A stretch of 62,924 bases of DNA, the filler included, from Licmophora abbreviata (lineage: Eukaryota): the NCBI GenBank assembly GCA_900291995.1. It is 11 parts of 11 records of this genome, joined end to end, with 100 filler letters (N's around TTAATTAATTAA, not from the genome) between each part and the next. Parts side by side here need not be neighbours in the genome. Positions count along the whole stretch, not along the records: positions 34,004 to 36,381 come from OLMU01004802.1; positions 36,482 to 40,409 come from OLMU01004803.1; positions 40,510 to 44,511 come from OLMU01004804.1; positions 44,612 to 51,116 come from OLMU01004805.1; 7 more parts are not named here. One strand, 5' to 3'. The position numbers were made by a program, and so were the translations under genes. The notes below the pieces were generated by a model that was given only the letters and a program-made list of their open reading frames with translations, ran no database searches and was not told the origin of the DNA. Below, in pieces: positions 34,253 through 45,106 of this stretch; position 1 is the stretch's first letter, and every line of letters begins with the position of its first letter.

Positions 34253-35770
34253 CTATTCAACCATACTAGTAGTATCTTGCTCATTCCTTGTCGTTGACAA
34301 TTCTTCCGCCTTTCTTTGTTGTTCCTGTCGCCTGTCTGGGTCCATCTGAGCCGCTTCGACATTCCTTTTCTCCTGCCTTTTCTCCTCCAGACGCGTCTGC
34401 AGATCATCCATGGCCGATTCATGTTTGCTGTCAAAGATGCTGTCTCTTTCAAGGTCCTTCTCGACGCGCAAACGCGTGACTCCGTTTTCCCGTCCGAAGT
34501 TCATCTTCATGTACAGCATTTCACTGAATCCTCCATGACCATGTACAATTGTATCGCACTGTTTGATCAGCTGGAACGTCGACAGAAGCACCACCATCTC
34601 TTTGACAGGGTCCTTGGACGGCAATTGGTTCTCCCAACCGCCCTCTTTGCCACGATGTCTCGTTCGATTCAAGTACTTCCAGTTGTATTCCGGGTGAAAT
34701 TCCCATGCTTCGTCGATAGCATTGGCGTCGTCTGTGAGTAAGAGGATAGTCTTGTGCTTTATGTCGTTTGTACGGAGCTGCTGGAGATAGTCATCAATGG
34801 CAAAGTAGTTTCGAGCGAAGTCATTGTGGAGAACCACGTCAGCCCGTCGAACGTGAATCACAGCACATGGCGCATCGATCCGTGGAGCCTCATCTCTCAC
34901 GTATTCGAGCACACGTTGCCGTAACCACTGCTGTGGTCGTAGCAGATACTCATACATCATATGTTTTGTCTCGGGGAAGGGGGCACCTTGTCGAAACGCT
35001 GTTCTATCAATCTTACCGGGTGGACATCTACCCAGAGGCAGGAAGAAACAGAACATATCTTTGGTTGGACACACGGGCTTATCACCAGTTTTTGTCGAAG
35101 CGTAATGCCAGCCTGTGTCAGGTAGTCTGTCATCAAACGTAATTTGGAATGGTCTTTTCGTGGCGAGGCCATGGAGGAGACCATCCACTACGTTGTCCAG
35201 ATCGGCAGCCAATCCAGAGCCCCACCTTTGTTAAAAAGAAGTGAGACATGATGTAGAGCGTATGAGCATGAGAGCAACAGTTTGTACTTTCGGACTGCAG
35301 ACCCGTTCTTCACTTTCTTTTACTTACATGTGCTTGGTGTGAACGTCGGAACAGTTTCCATGCACAAATTGTAATTCGTACAGCTCTCGGAGCGTACGGG
35401 TCTTCTCTGAGTCTTCTCTCGAAAAACAGAGGGAATCATCCGTCTCAGACTGGACGCTCCACTCAGGATGATGTGCCCACCAGGAATCCATGTTCATTGT
35501 CCATGGAACACAGATCTGCGATGCATCGTTCAAGGCGGGGTTGAATATCTCAGAATAGCTCCAGTTTGTCTTGCTGGACACGACATCCGAGATTGTTGGC
35601 AAATTGCTAAGAATATCCGGATGACCACAATCCTCAATGGGCGCCAGAGCCGTCAGAGAAGGCCGAATGGCCGTCATCGAATACAGAAGAGCGATAGCAA
35701 AGCTCGCATAGTACCTCCACTTTGTGGAGCCTGTCGTGGCGGACTTGAGCGGCGTTTGCGTCGAGCTCAT
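34253..35770 (-). CDS. Type II membrane alpha-1,6-fucosyltransferase-like (GT23-like) protein; 2 exons
   Basis: Signal anchor; intron 35226-35327 gives HM|WGSGLAAD; IHVRRAD, LLTDD and CDTIVHGHGGFS. Confidence 0.75.
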
Positions 35771-36143
35771 AACGCTTAGTAGGAGAGTAATGACGGTGGG
35801 GTAATCAATCGCGCTGCAGTTTGGAGGAAAGCTCGTGTGAGCTGTCGAGACAGTGTTGGCGATTGGCCAGCCGACAACGACAAAAAATGAGCGAAGACGT
35901 TGGTTGTTGCTTTGCCTCGAAGGCGGGGTTTGAATATTGAAATGATGTGTAAACAGAGAGGGTTAGAATGGTATTTGCGAAACGAGACGCCATCCTTTCT
36001 CGTGTCATTGGACAGCTTCGGTCAATCGTTTCGATGAATTATGGTTTCATCAAAAATTCCAAAATTGACAAAACTGCAGCTACCATGACTGACTGATTGT
36101 GACTCACTCGACTTACGCGAGTTTCTTTCCAAGAAGCCCCGCC

Positions 36144-36381
36144 CCAATTCGAATAGACGGGCGCAAAAGACGCGATGGCGTGTGTGAATTGTAGCTGTCG
36201 CTACCCATCATCCGTCGACGAGTCCATTCCTGCATTCGCTGCCGGCCGTTGCGAGTCCAGGTTTTGACACCTTAGTAGCTTTACCCTTTTAAAAATGGAG
36301 CGGCTCTTTCGCAATTTGTTTTCGGGCGGTGCCGAACGGGCTGAATTCATCCCGTCTGCTACACAACGACATCAGTTCATG
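36144..36381. repeat. 238-bp near-identical copy of 36484-36721 across a gap (probable haplotype overlap)
   Basis: Offset 340; three substitutions seen (gac/gtc, tag/cag, ctc/ttc). Confidence 0.9.
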
Positions 36382-36481
36382 NNNNNNNNNNNNNNNNNNN
36401 NNNNNNNNNNNNNNNNNNNNNNNNNTTAATTAATTAANNNNNNNNNNNNNNNNNNNNNNNNNNNNNNNNNNNNNNNNNNNN
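36382..36481. other. Artificial scaffold spacer
   Basis: N44-TTAATTAATTAA-N44. Confidence 0.99.
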
Positions 36482-36634
36482 CACCAATTCGAATAGACGG
36501 GCGCAAAAGACGCGATGGCGTGTGTGAATTGTAGCTGTCGCTACCCATCATCCGTCGACGAGTCCATTCCTGCATTCGCTGCCGGCCGTTGCGAGTCCAG
36601 GTTTTGTCACCTTAGCAGCTTTACCCTTTTAAAA

Positions 36635-38492
36635 ATGGAGCGGTTCTTTCGCAATTTGTTTTCGGGCGGTGCCGAACGGGCTGAATTCATCCCGTCTGCT
36701 ACACAACGACATCAGTTCATGCAAGACGCCATGAATCCACAGCAGCAGGCGTATCGCGGCCCGCCACCGGCGAGTAGTAACGCCATTCGGCAGCTTCCGA
36801 CAATCCAAGTAACGCCTGAGGATCTAGTGGATCCGAGCAATCGAGAGTGCTGTATTTGCTTGGAAGAGTGAGTGTGAAGCCGTGAACCATGACTGAGAAC
36901 ACCCTAAACATACATTGTTTTATAACGACAATCGACGATGGCGTTTAGGAGGGTATATCTTACATATCTCTTTGCCACACCTTCTTTCTCTACTGCTCAG
37001 AAACCACCTGCATGATCGGGTGACGAGATTGCCATGCGCTCACATTTTCCATCATGCCTGCATACTGGACTGGCTAGAAAAACATTGCACGTGTCCCGTA
37101 TGCCGATACGAACTCGCCACGGATGATGCCAATTTCGAACGCAAACGGCAGAAGCGAATGCGAGACAGGAAACCTCGCTTTGCAACGTACGAGTTGGAGC
37201 GAATGAGCGTCAAAGAACTGAGAGCTCTTGCGGTACGTGTCCGAATATCTACAGCCCAAATTGTAGACAAGTCCGATTTGATTCAGCAATTGGTGGAGAG
37301 TGGGAGATTGGATATTATCGCAGCGCCAGAACCTGTGGAGTATCCACTGTCATTGTTGAAAAGTATGGGCGTTGGGGAACTGAAGCGATGCATGGCCGAT
37401 GCGGGAGTCTTTTTTGATCAGGTCGATGTCGTTGAGAAGCAAGACATGGTGCGTATATTCATAAATAGCGGTCGACTCGTGATTCTTCCCGAAGAAGTAA
37501 ACGTGAAACATGCAGCGGAGGTGTCGAATGCTGCACAGACTCGGACAGTGAATCTCGCACAAAGTCGTACATCACCACATGCGATGGATCTCGACGACGA
37601 ATGGGATGGCAAGAAACGAAAGCGAAGGCCAATAGTAACCACTGTCGACGGAGATTCCGACAACGAGGGCCACGTCGAGGAGGGAAGTGCAAGTCATGCA
37701 TCGACTGGCGCCTGCTTCATAGAACCGATAGATGACGTCGATTTTCATGCTCCTGAGCGAACGCTGGATCACTCTCAAGAGTGGGACCAGCATTCGACGT
37801 CGGCGGAGTGTCTGCAGGAAGCCGAGAATCAACCAGAGGCTGATGCAGCTGAGGTCAGCAACATGAACGGTACGCTCGGATGTGAGTCGCAAGGACTCGA
37901 TGATGATGAAAATGATGTCGAAATGGACCAGATTCCTCGGATCGTCGGCCGTCACGGATCTGCGTCGGCTGAATCCGAGTCCGAGATGACGGAGGGATAC
38001 TCGTCACTTTCTGTACACAGTACACGATTTCGCGAGCGAAGTATTGCCGAGCTGCGTGCACTTGCCCGAGAAGTGCATGTGGACTTGTCAGGTTGCATTG
38101 AACGACCGGAAATGATCACGAGACTCGTGAATGCATCCGGAATGTCGACACAGTCCCAGCCATCCGCCACATCCAGCAACGAGTACATACCAGAACCGCA
38201 CCACTTCAACGGATGGAGCGTTTCCGAGCTACGCGCTCTAGCCAACGAAGTGGACGCAGACCTTTCCGACTGCAGAGATCGCGACGACATGGTGCAAACG
38301 CTGGTGGATGCTGCCATTGCGCGTCCTCACATGGCCAACTACCTGGGCGCCCTCGCACCGCTGGCACGCCTGACGGTGCCGCAGCTTCGAGCGGTCGCAC
38401 GCGAATGGCATGTCAATGTCTGGGACTGTCTTGAAAAGGACGAAATTATTCACCGACTGGTCACAGCCGGTGGGCCGTCGGGGGAATGGTGA
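36635..38492 (+). CDS. RING-H2 E3 ubiquitin ligase with five SAP/HeH-like helical repeats; 2 exons
   Basis: PPPAS...I.QLP, then C.ICLEE | intron 36868-37000 | LPCAHIFHHACILDWL..HCTCPVCRYEL; repeated S-V/I-xELR...C.E[KR]..[LMI] motifs. Confidence 0.88.
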
Positions 38493-39048
38493 GAGCTGCT
38501 GTGTGACTGACCGGCGCTACACCTTCGATCAGCTCTACACCTACGACCTACGACACACCAGCACCCAAATGGACAATGGCGCCAATCAACGACGGCCTAT
38601 AGCCATCACTTATAGTGAGACTAGCGACCATAGGTCTACAGTAGGGCTATGTAGTCCTAAAGTCAATGTGAAACCGGTTCCGCGGTAAGTAGTGTCGTGC
38701 GACCACGGAACATAGGCCCTCCTAAAAATGTACCAATGGTCATCCATCTCACTTATGGGAACTATGCCCTCACCGTAGCTTTGTACTGATTCGTACGTCC
38801 TACTCAATTCCTCACATTCACGCGCGAGGAAGGTGGAACGTGAACGAAGTGAGCGTCTGTCGTGAAACTTGTCTCGCTGCTTGTACCTTTTGCTGTTGGT
38901 GGCTCCTTGAGAATAGTTCTGTTGTAAGTCTCGAAGGTTTGCTCTAAAGAGTGAGGCAAGAAGACGAGGCCTCTCGTCACCCCATCATCAACACGCCCTT
39001 CGAAAACATCAAAAAGGCCCTACGCAAAATTTCAGTTTTCGAACTACG

Positions 39049-39633
39049 ATGTGCGTTCCCACAGACTGCGATCATCAGAACAACACGCGGCGACGGCATC
39101 GAGCTACCTACTTGGCTCCGGCACGTCATCGCAATGACTTGACAGAGGCACTGCTTCCACCACTACCATTGGAAACAGGGGTGCCACTACTGTTTGAAGA
39201 GCAAGAGACCGCACAAGACAACAGCAGCGACACTGCACTTCTCCCTGGCGCGACGAACAACAATGAATCTACTACAACGAATACTGTACATCGATGTTGT
39301 TCTTGCTTGGAAGAATCATCATACTGTGGTTGCTGTATACGATCCTGTTCCCGTGCCATCCTCGACTTGGGACTGTTGGGAGTCGTGCTAGTCATGGGTG
39401 TATTTCTGTACGATATGGAAGTCAATGTCCAAGCAGCAGAAGAGCAGACTCGACCTACGCCACTACCGTCACGTCGAGCGTCGTCCTTATCGCCCCCACG
39501 ACCGCCCAGGGCAAATCGCATGTTGCAACGATGGGGCAGTGGAAGGGTGATCTTACGAAATCAAGTACCTCCTGCGAGCGTGATGGCGACATCGTTGCAA
39601 CCTCGATCCGAGGTTCACGAGTCAATATTGTAA
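39049..39633 (+). CDS. Hypothetical protein with a Cys cluster and one TM segment
   Basis: 194-aa ATG ORF; CCSC..CGCC followed by a hydrophobic helix. Confidence 0.45.
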   Translation: MCVPTDCDHQNNTRRRHRATYLAPARHRNDLTEALLPPLPLETGVPLLFEEQETAQDNSSDTALLPGATNNNESTTTNTVHRCCSCLEESSYCGCCIRSCSRAILDLGLLGVVLVMGVFLYDMEVNVQAAEEQTRPTPLPSRRASSLSPPRPPRANRMLQRWGSGRVILRNQVPPASVMATSLQPRSEVHESIL

Positions 39634-39766
39634 AAAGGAATTGCGATCATCGTTGAGCTAAACGCCGACCTGCACAATTGTAAAATAATTCTGTTTTTTC
39701 TAGTAGTCAAGCACGTTTGATAGAGTTCGCTAATTGTGAAACAATCCAATCTCAACCGCTCCCCTT

Positions 39767-41104
39767 CTACGTATCCGGCACCGCCGATGACGATGACATG
39801 GCCCCAGGCGTATTGGCATCGCCTCCGCTCGTCCGCTGCTTCTTATGGGCCGGTCCAGTGTGCTGTTCCGGGATGAGATCGGCAGCAGCCTTGAGGACGG
39901 GAATACAGAGATGCGGGTAGTGCCGCATCTCGTCTTGAAAGGACGCATTGGCAGTGACTTGTCGAATGTTCTGCATGATAAAGTCAATGCAAGCATGCGA
40001 CAGCCGTTGCGCGTGGTAGTCTTCCGTGGCACAGTACATGCGTGCGACAGTCTCGACCTGAAGATGCGATCGAATGAGCTCATGCTCGACGAGTCTCTTG
40101 AGGTCGCGAATCTGCCACATGTCGGACAAATGGAGCAGTATGAGCAGGTCGTCTGTGGAGACTTCCTTTATCAATTCGATGCGGTTGGTGTACAGGAATT
40201 CGAGCAAGATCCGAATGTGAGGAGGAGAAAAAAAGGACTCGACGGTGATGGTGGAGGACTGGCTTTCTCGAAAGTGCTCCTTGCGAAATAGCGCCTTGAA
40301 GTACTCTGCACGCGCTGTCAAGATAGACTTGTGGGCGCGAATGGAATTCGACTCCGTGTTGGTATCGCCCTGATCGTCCTCCTTGTCAGAACTGCTAAAG
40401 AAAAAGACCNNNNNNNNNNNNNNNNNNNNNNNNNNNNNNNNNNNNNNNNNNNNTTAATTAATTAANNNNNNNNNNNNNNNNNNNNNNNNNNNNNNNNNNN
40501 NNNNNNNNNCATCCATGTGTTCCGTATCATCGAGCAGATCCCGCAAATCCCGAACGAACTCGTCGTCGTCGGCCGCTGCCTCCGGCACGGGCGGTGTGCG
40601 CTTTTTGCGCACCATGATGATGTCGCCTCGCTGCAGCTGTACCGACTCGGGCGTATCTTCATTTTCGAGCGGATTGACAAAGTAGTACTCTAGATCGTCC
40701 TTGCGCAGGCCGTGGTACTTGGCATAGTGACGGAAGAGGGAAGAGAAACGCTGCGTCTTGAGCATGAGGCACGAGTAGTTCGTTTCGGCAGTGACGCGGC
40801 GAATGGTGCTTTCGGAGCCCTGCAAGTACAAGTCTTCTTCGGCCTGGCGCGTCACGAGAGGGTGGGGCAGTAAGAGCCAGAGGGTGAGTATAGAACGGGG
40901 AAAAAGACCGACAGGGGAACAAATCGGGAGCCTACAGGCACTCCTCTTGCTCTTGCCCTACTTCGCAGTCGTCACGCCCCTCATTTCGTTGCTTCCCGCG
41001 TACACTCTGGTACTGGTTCTACGTACCTTCACGGTAAATTCGACGTGTTCATTCATTTGGTTATTTCCGCCACCGCCGCCTTGTCTTGCATTGTTGTTCG
41101 CCAT
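39767..41104 (-). CDS. SUMO-like (Rad60-SLD-type) domain fused to a BTB/POZ-BACK domain; spans a gap
   Basis: Exon 1 MANNNARQ...EFTVK, intron 40844-41026; TQRFSSLFRHYAKYHGL...LENEDTPESVQLQRGDIIMV (ubiquitin/SUMO fold); after the gap IRAHKSILTARAEYFKALF...LLEFLYT (BTB). Confidence 0.82.
40410..40509. other. Artificial scaffold spacer
   Basis: N44-TTAATTAATTAA-N44. Confidence 0.99.
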
Positions 41105-41492
41105 TGTCGAGTATTGGATGACTGTAGATAGCAGTGAGATACAAAAAGAGAGTCAAACGAAAGTCCAATGGAACGTGAAACGACGACGACTGCGAGCGAC
41201 TTTTCGTCTCACGTGCCCTTTTGACGGCAATCATCGTTGGAGCGGACGTTTTCAAGGAGCTTCACCGGCAGTCGCGCGAAACGGGCATTGCTCGTAGAGC
41301 TGGTACGGCAATCCACGAGGCGAGCTCGAAAAATCAGGAAAATAGAATCGAGAGCTCTCAATATATCACCAAAATACGTAACGAACTGACAGAACTCAAA
41401 ATTCAAATTCAAAATTGTCCAAAATAAGATTTCCCGAATGTCCCGCACTCCCACACACACTTCCTCGCGACGATCCATCCTCTGCAAGAACC

Positions 41493-42938
41493 ATGACCGG
41501 CCACGACAGGAAAGGCCGTTTTGCGCCCCCTTCGCTGCGTTTCGTTGCAGCGTGCTTCACCCTGACATCGTCAGCTCATGCTTTGATTCACGACAAGTGT
41601 CCATTGAGAGTCCCCTCGTCGATTCGAGCGAATCCCATCGTTATTGCGCACAGAGGGGCATCCTTTCACTTGCCAGAACACACGCTGCAGGCCTATCGAC
41701 TGGCACTCGAACTCGGCGCAGATTACATTGAACCGGATCTGGTGGCCACAAAGGATGCTAGATTGGTTGCCCTTCATACAGTGGATCTCAGTATTACGAC
41801 GGATGTCGAAACAGTCTTTCCGAATCGCAAGAGCTTTAGTATTCACCGAAACGAAACTGGATTTTGGGCACATGACTTTCTTTTGAGTGAACTGAAATCA
41901 TTGACCGTTCAACAGCGAATCCCAGAAGCGCGCTCGACTGACTATGATGGTCTCTTTACAATCCCGTCATTGGACGAGATTCTGGAACTACTGCACCACT
42001 GGAATACAGAGTATCTGCCGCAATTGCACGTCAGCCAAGCAACCAATGATGCAACCACGAGTCCGTCACAGTCGTCCATCTTGCCTCGAGCTGGCCTCTA
42101 TGCCGAGCTGAAAGATCCCGAGACAATCATGGCGGACTCGAATCAGAGTCTGGTAGATATCTTCCTGGACGAACTCTCCCATTCGCCTCATGCCAACATC
42201 ATGTGGAATGACACTGAGTGTGACGAACTCAAGTTTGACCAGTACCTTGTGCCACCGTTGGTTCTGCAATGCTTTACGACGTCCGTGTTGGAGGAATTGC
42301 ACAACAAGTGGATTCATGATTACAATAATCCTCTCCCACCGCCATTGATTCGACTTTTGCACGTTTCGGAATGTAAGACGAATGATGAAGAGGAAATGGA
42401 TCGGTTTTGGTATCAGATGGGAGAGGCGCGTGCCTTCTTGAGTGGCATCGGTGTCGACAAGTCTTGTTTGATCCCCCTGCATAATGCGGAGGAAATTCAA
42501 ACCCGTGCGTTCGAGCATGATCTAGTCGTTCACGCCTGGACGGAGCGACCAGAAGCAAAGGAGTTGGCGCGAAATACAAGCTTCGTATCGATACAAGACG
42601 AATTGAGGTATTTGTTTTGTGAGGCCAAAGTGGGTGGCGTCTTTAGCGAAGACATCTCGTCGGCACTCGTTGCGGCTCATGCAGCCTGTGACAACATACA
42701 AGTGGAGGAGCCCACAGCACTCCCCACGGCCAATACGAACGAAGAGGAGTGCGACCAATCGGCGACGCGTACGGACGAGGAGATTTTGTTGTTTGGATTT
42801 GCGGCAGGCATAATGGGAGTCTTGGTGGGGAGTATCTTTACCTTTTGGATAAGCAATTCCCGATTTTGTTCAAAACGAAGAGGGCGACGACAATTGGTCA
42901 TTCCCCAGCACGATCCGCACGATTTGGAAATGATATGA
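41493..42938 (+). CDS. Glycerophosphodiester phosphodiesterase with signal peptide and C-terminal TM anchor
   Basis: IAHRGAS..PEHTL.AY..A...GADYIEPDLVATKD, YAELK, VHAWT and GVFSE. Confidence 0.92.
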   Translation: MTGHDRKGRFAPPSLRFVAACFTLTSSAHALIHDKCPLRVPSSIRANPIVIAHRGASFHLPEHTLQAYRLALELGADYIEPDLVATKDARLVALHTVDLSITTDVETVFPNRKSFSIHRNETGFWAHDFLLSELKSLTVQQRIPEARSTDYDGLFTIPSLDEILELLHHWNTEYLPQLHVSQATNDATTSPSQSSILPRAGLYAELKDPETIMADSNQSLVDIFLDELSHSPHANIMWNDTECDELKFDQYLVPPLVLQCFTTSVLEELHNKWIHDYNNPLPPPLIRLLHVSECKTNDEEEMDRFWYQMGEARAFLSGIGVDKSCLIPLHNAEEIQTRAFEHDLVVHAWTERPEAKELARNTSFVSIQDELRYLFCEAKVGGVFSEDISSALVAAHAACDNIQVEEPTALPTANTNEEECDQSATRTDEEILLFGFAAGIMGVLVGSIFTFWISNSRFCSKRRGRRQLVIPQHDPHDLEMI

Positions 42939-43024
42939 CAATGATGAGCAGGAGTAGGTCTTAGGAGTGCATAGTAGTCTGGTGTATGATACAGTCTATG
43001 GTTAGTAGTGGGCGGTAGGCCATG

Positions 43025-44491
43025 TTACATGCGCCTTTGGTCTTCTAGCTCCGCCTTGGAAGTATCGCTCACTTGTTCAATGGCCTCTTCAAGCATGTCA
43101 ACGACTTCTTGCGCCGTCGGTCGCAGTTCTGGTCGATGTCGATAGCATTCGCGCATGATTCGCAACAGCGACTGAATCGCGGGATCCTCGTCTTTGCGCA
43201 CAGCACTGGGGATATATGGCAAGGCACCATCCTTCAACTTGGCGCTGGCAATCTTTGACTTTTCTTCTTTGGAAAGCGAACCGCCACCCTTTTTCTTCCA
43301 TGGACTCATTCCTACTGCGAATCGATACAAAACATTACCGAGTCCGTAAATGTCAACCTTTTCTGTCAATGTCGTACTGCTCTCCCCGGTCTCTTCATCG
43401 ACTTGTTCTTCCGGTGATCGCCATTGCGGATTGGGGTAATGGGAAGTAAATGGACACGTCTCCTTCGTATGATGATCTTGCATTTGCAGAATAGCAACGT
43501 TAAAGTCGTTGATGAGCGGCAGCCCCGTCTGTTCCGAAATGACAATGTTGGCAAAGTTCAAGTCATTGTGTACCAAACTAATCCGAGATGACCCGTCAAT
43601 GCCATGTACATCGGCAACGCCTTGCGCGACCTGTTTGGCGAGTCGGAGCTTATCAACGGAAGCGAGTTTGTCCGCGACTGTGCTTATTGTCTCTCCAGCA
43701 TACTCCGTGTAGACACTCATGCCGCAGTAGCCGTAAATGTCCACGACGTACGGGGAGGCTGTCAATCGCTCCATGGCAATGGCATCGACTCGATTGTTTT
43801 CAAAATACGCGTCCTCGTAGGAGTGATCCAATTTAAGATTCTTGAAAACCACAGAAGATGATGATGAAGAAGAAGAATCAGCTGCGGTCGTCGAGTTGCT
43901 GTCGAACGGCGGCTCCTTGTACTCCCACGCATACCGCCAGAATCCCTTTGTCGACAATACACTCAAAGTCTCCTCACTCGCACTTATCGTCATACTGTGA
44001 TGATGGAATTCATTGCACGTTGGATAAAAGGTCGTTTGCCACTGACTCATGGGTTCACAAGTGTCACTGGTTTCGTGTTCTGGGAAGATGCGTCGTTCGA
44101 GCGTGTCTTCGGCGTCAGAGCTGTCCATGCGATGATAGTACTGGGTCGTATCGTGAAAGTCAACATCAGGGGGGCCGTCCAGGAGAATCGTGCGACCCAA
44201 GAGTGGCAAGAAAGGCTCGTTCTCCAAGAAGAAAGTCGCAACACGAGCGGACTTGTAGTGGGATAGTCCAAAGAGCGCAGAAGAGGGAGTGTCGAGTAGG
44301 ATGATCCGTTCGATCGTATAGCAAGATTGAACCAGTCGAATCAACGAAATCGAAGCGACCAGGGTAGACACTAAAAGGACCAGGCAGTGTCGAGAACGTC
44401 GTCGCGGTGAAGGTAACGATGATGCAGGAGCACTAGGGTGCGTACTGATACGAGTACTATTAGTAATAGTATCCGTCTGTGTCGTCGTCAT
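43025..44491 (-). CDS. Protein kinase with an N-terminal signal anchor (PKDCC/VLK-like secretory-pathway kinase)
   Basis: TM helix near the N-terminus; VVFK, HNDLNFAN, NDFN, WRSPEE, KVDIYGLG and PELRPTA. Confidence 0.85.
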   Translation of the reverse strand: MTTTQTDTITNSTRISTHPSAPASSLPSPRRRSRHCLVLLVSTLVASISLIRLVQSCYTIERIILLDTPSSALFGLSHYKSARVATFFLENEPFLPLLGRTILLDGPPDVDFHDTTQYYHRMDSSDAEDTLERRIFPEHETSDTCEPMSQWQTTFYPTCNEFHHHSMTISASEETLSVLSTKGFWRYAWEYKEPPFDSNSTTAADSSSSSSSSVVFKNLKLDHSYEDAYFENNRVDAIAMERLTASPYVVDIYGYCGMSVYTEYAGETISTVADKLASVDKLRLAKQVAQGVADVHGIDGSSRISLVHNDLNFANIVISEQTGLPLINDFNVAILQMQDHHTKETCPFTSHYPNPQWRSPEEQVDEETGESSTTLTEKVDIYGLGNVLYRFAVGMSPWKKKGGGSLSKEEKSKIASAKLKDGALPYIPSAVRKDEDPAIQSLLRIMRECYRHRPELRPTAQEVVDMLEEAIEQVSDTSKAELEDQRRM

Positions 44492-44511
44492 GTTGTTGTT
44501 GTTTGTGGTGG

Positions 44512-44611
44512 NNNNNNNNNNNNNNNNNNNNNNNNNNNNNNNNNNNNNNNNNNNNTTAATTAATTAANNNNNNNNNNNNNNNNNNNNNNNNNNNNNNNNN
44601 NNNNNNNNNNN
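44512..44611. other. Artificial scaffold spacer
   Basis: N44-TTAATTAATTAA-N44. Confidence 0.99.
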
Positions 44612-44815
44612 GGGTTGAACTTCTTGTGAGGTGACATGACGGTGATTCATCTTCCTGTCTGCGTAGGACGACGGCTCTGGACGGATCCACTTCGCCGGTC
44701 TGATTCACTCGCCGATGATTAGTTTCGCCATGGAGGTACGTTGAAATCTGACCCAATTTTGCGCGAGTAAAACAAACAAAGTTGGTTGGTTCGACTTGTT
44801 CGACCAAAAAGAATC

Positions 44816-44887
44816 GGTCCACTCCGAGAATCGAACTCGGGACCTCCTCGACCCGAACGAGGAATCATACCGCTAGACCAAGTGGAC
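44816..44887 (-). tRNA. trnP-CGG: tRNA-Pro (anticodon CGG)
   Basis: GTCCACT/AGTGGAC acceptor stem, TGGTCTAGCGGTATGA D-arm, CCTCG-TTCGGGT-CGAGG anticodon arm, GTTCGATTC T-loop; a T5 Pol III terminator follows at 44810-44806. Confidence 0.96.
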
Positions 44888-45106
44888 GTGTGGGTGGTTC
44901 ACGACAAAAGAAGAAAATCGATATAAGACCTGTCTACTTATTCGCTCTAAGGAACGTCCAAGAACTTCGTTGATGAGAGAGGGATCTGATGATTTGACTT
45001 TCAAACTTGGCGCCACAAAATAACAAATTGCCGCGATCTTTCTTGTTTCATTTTAGGAGTGTCCGTGAACGTTGCTTTCAATCATTGCATCGCTGTTTCT
45101 ATCACC

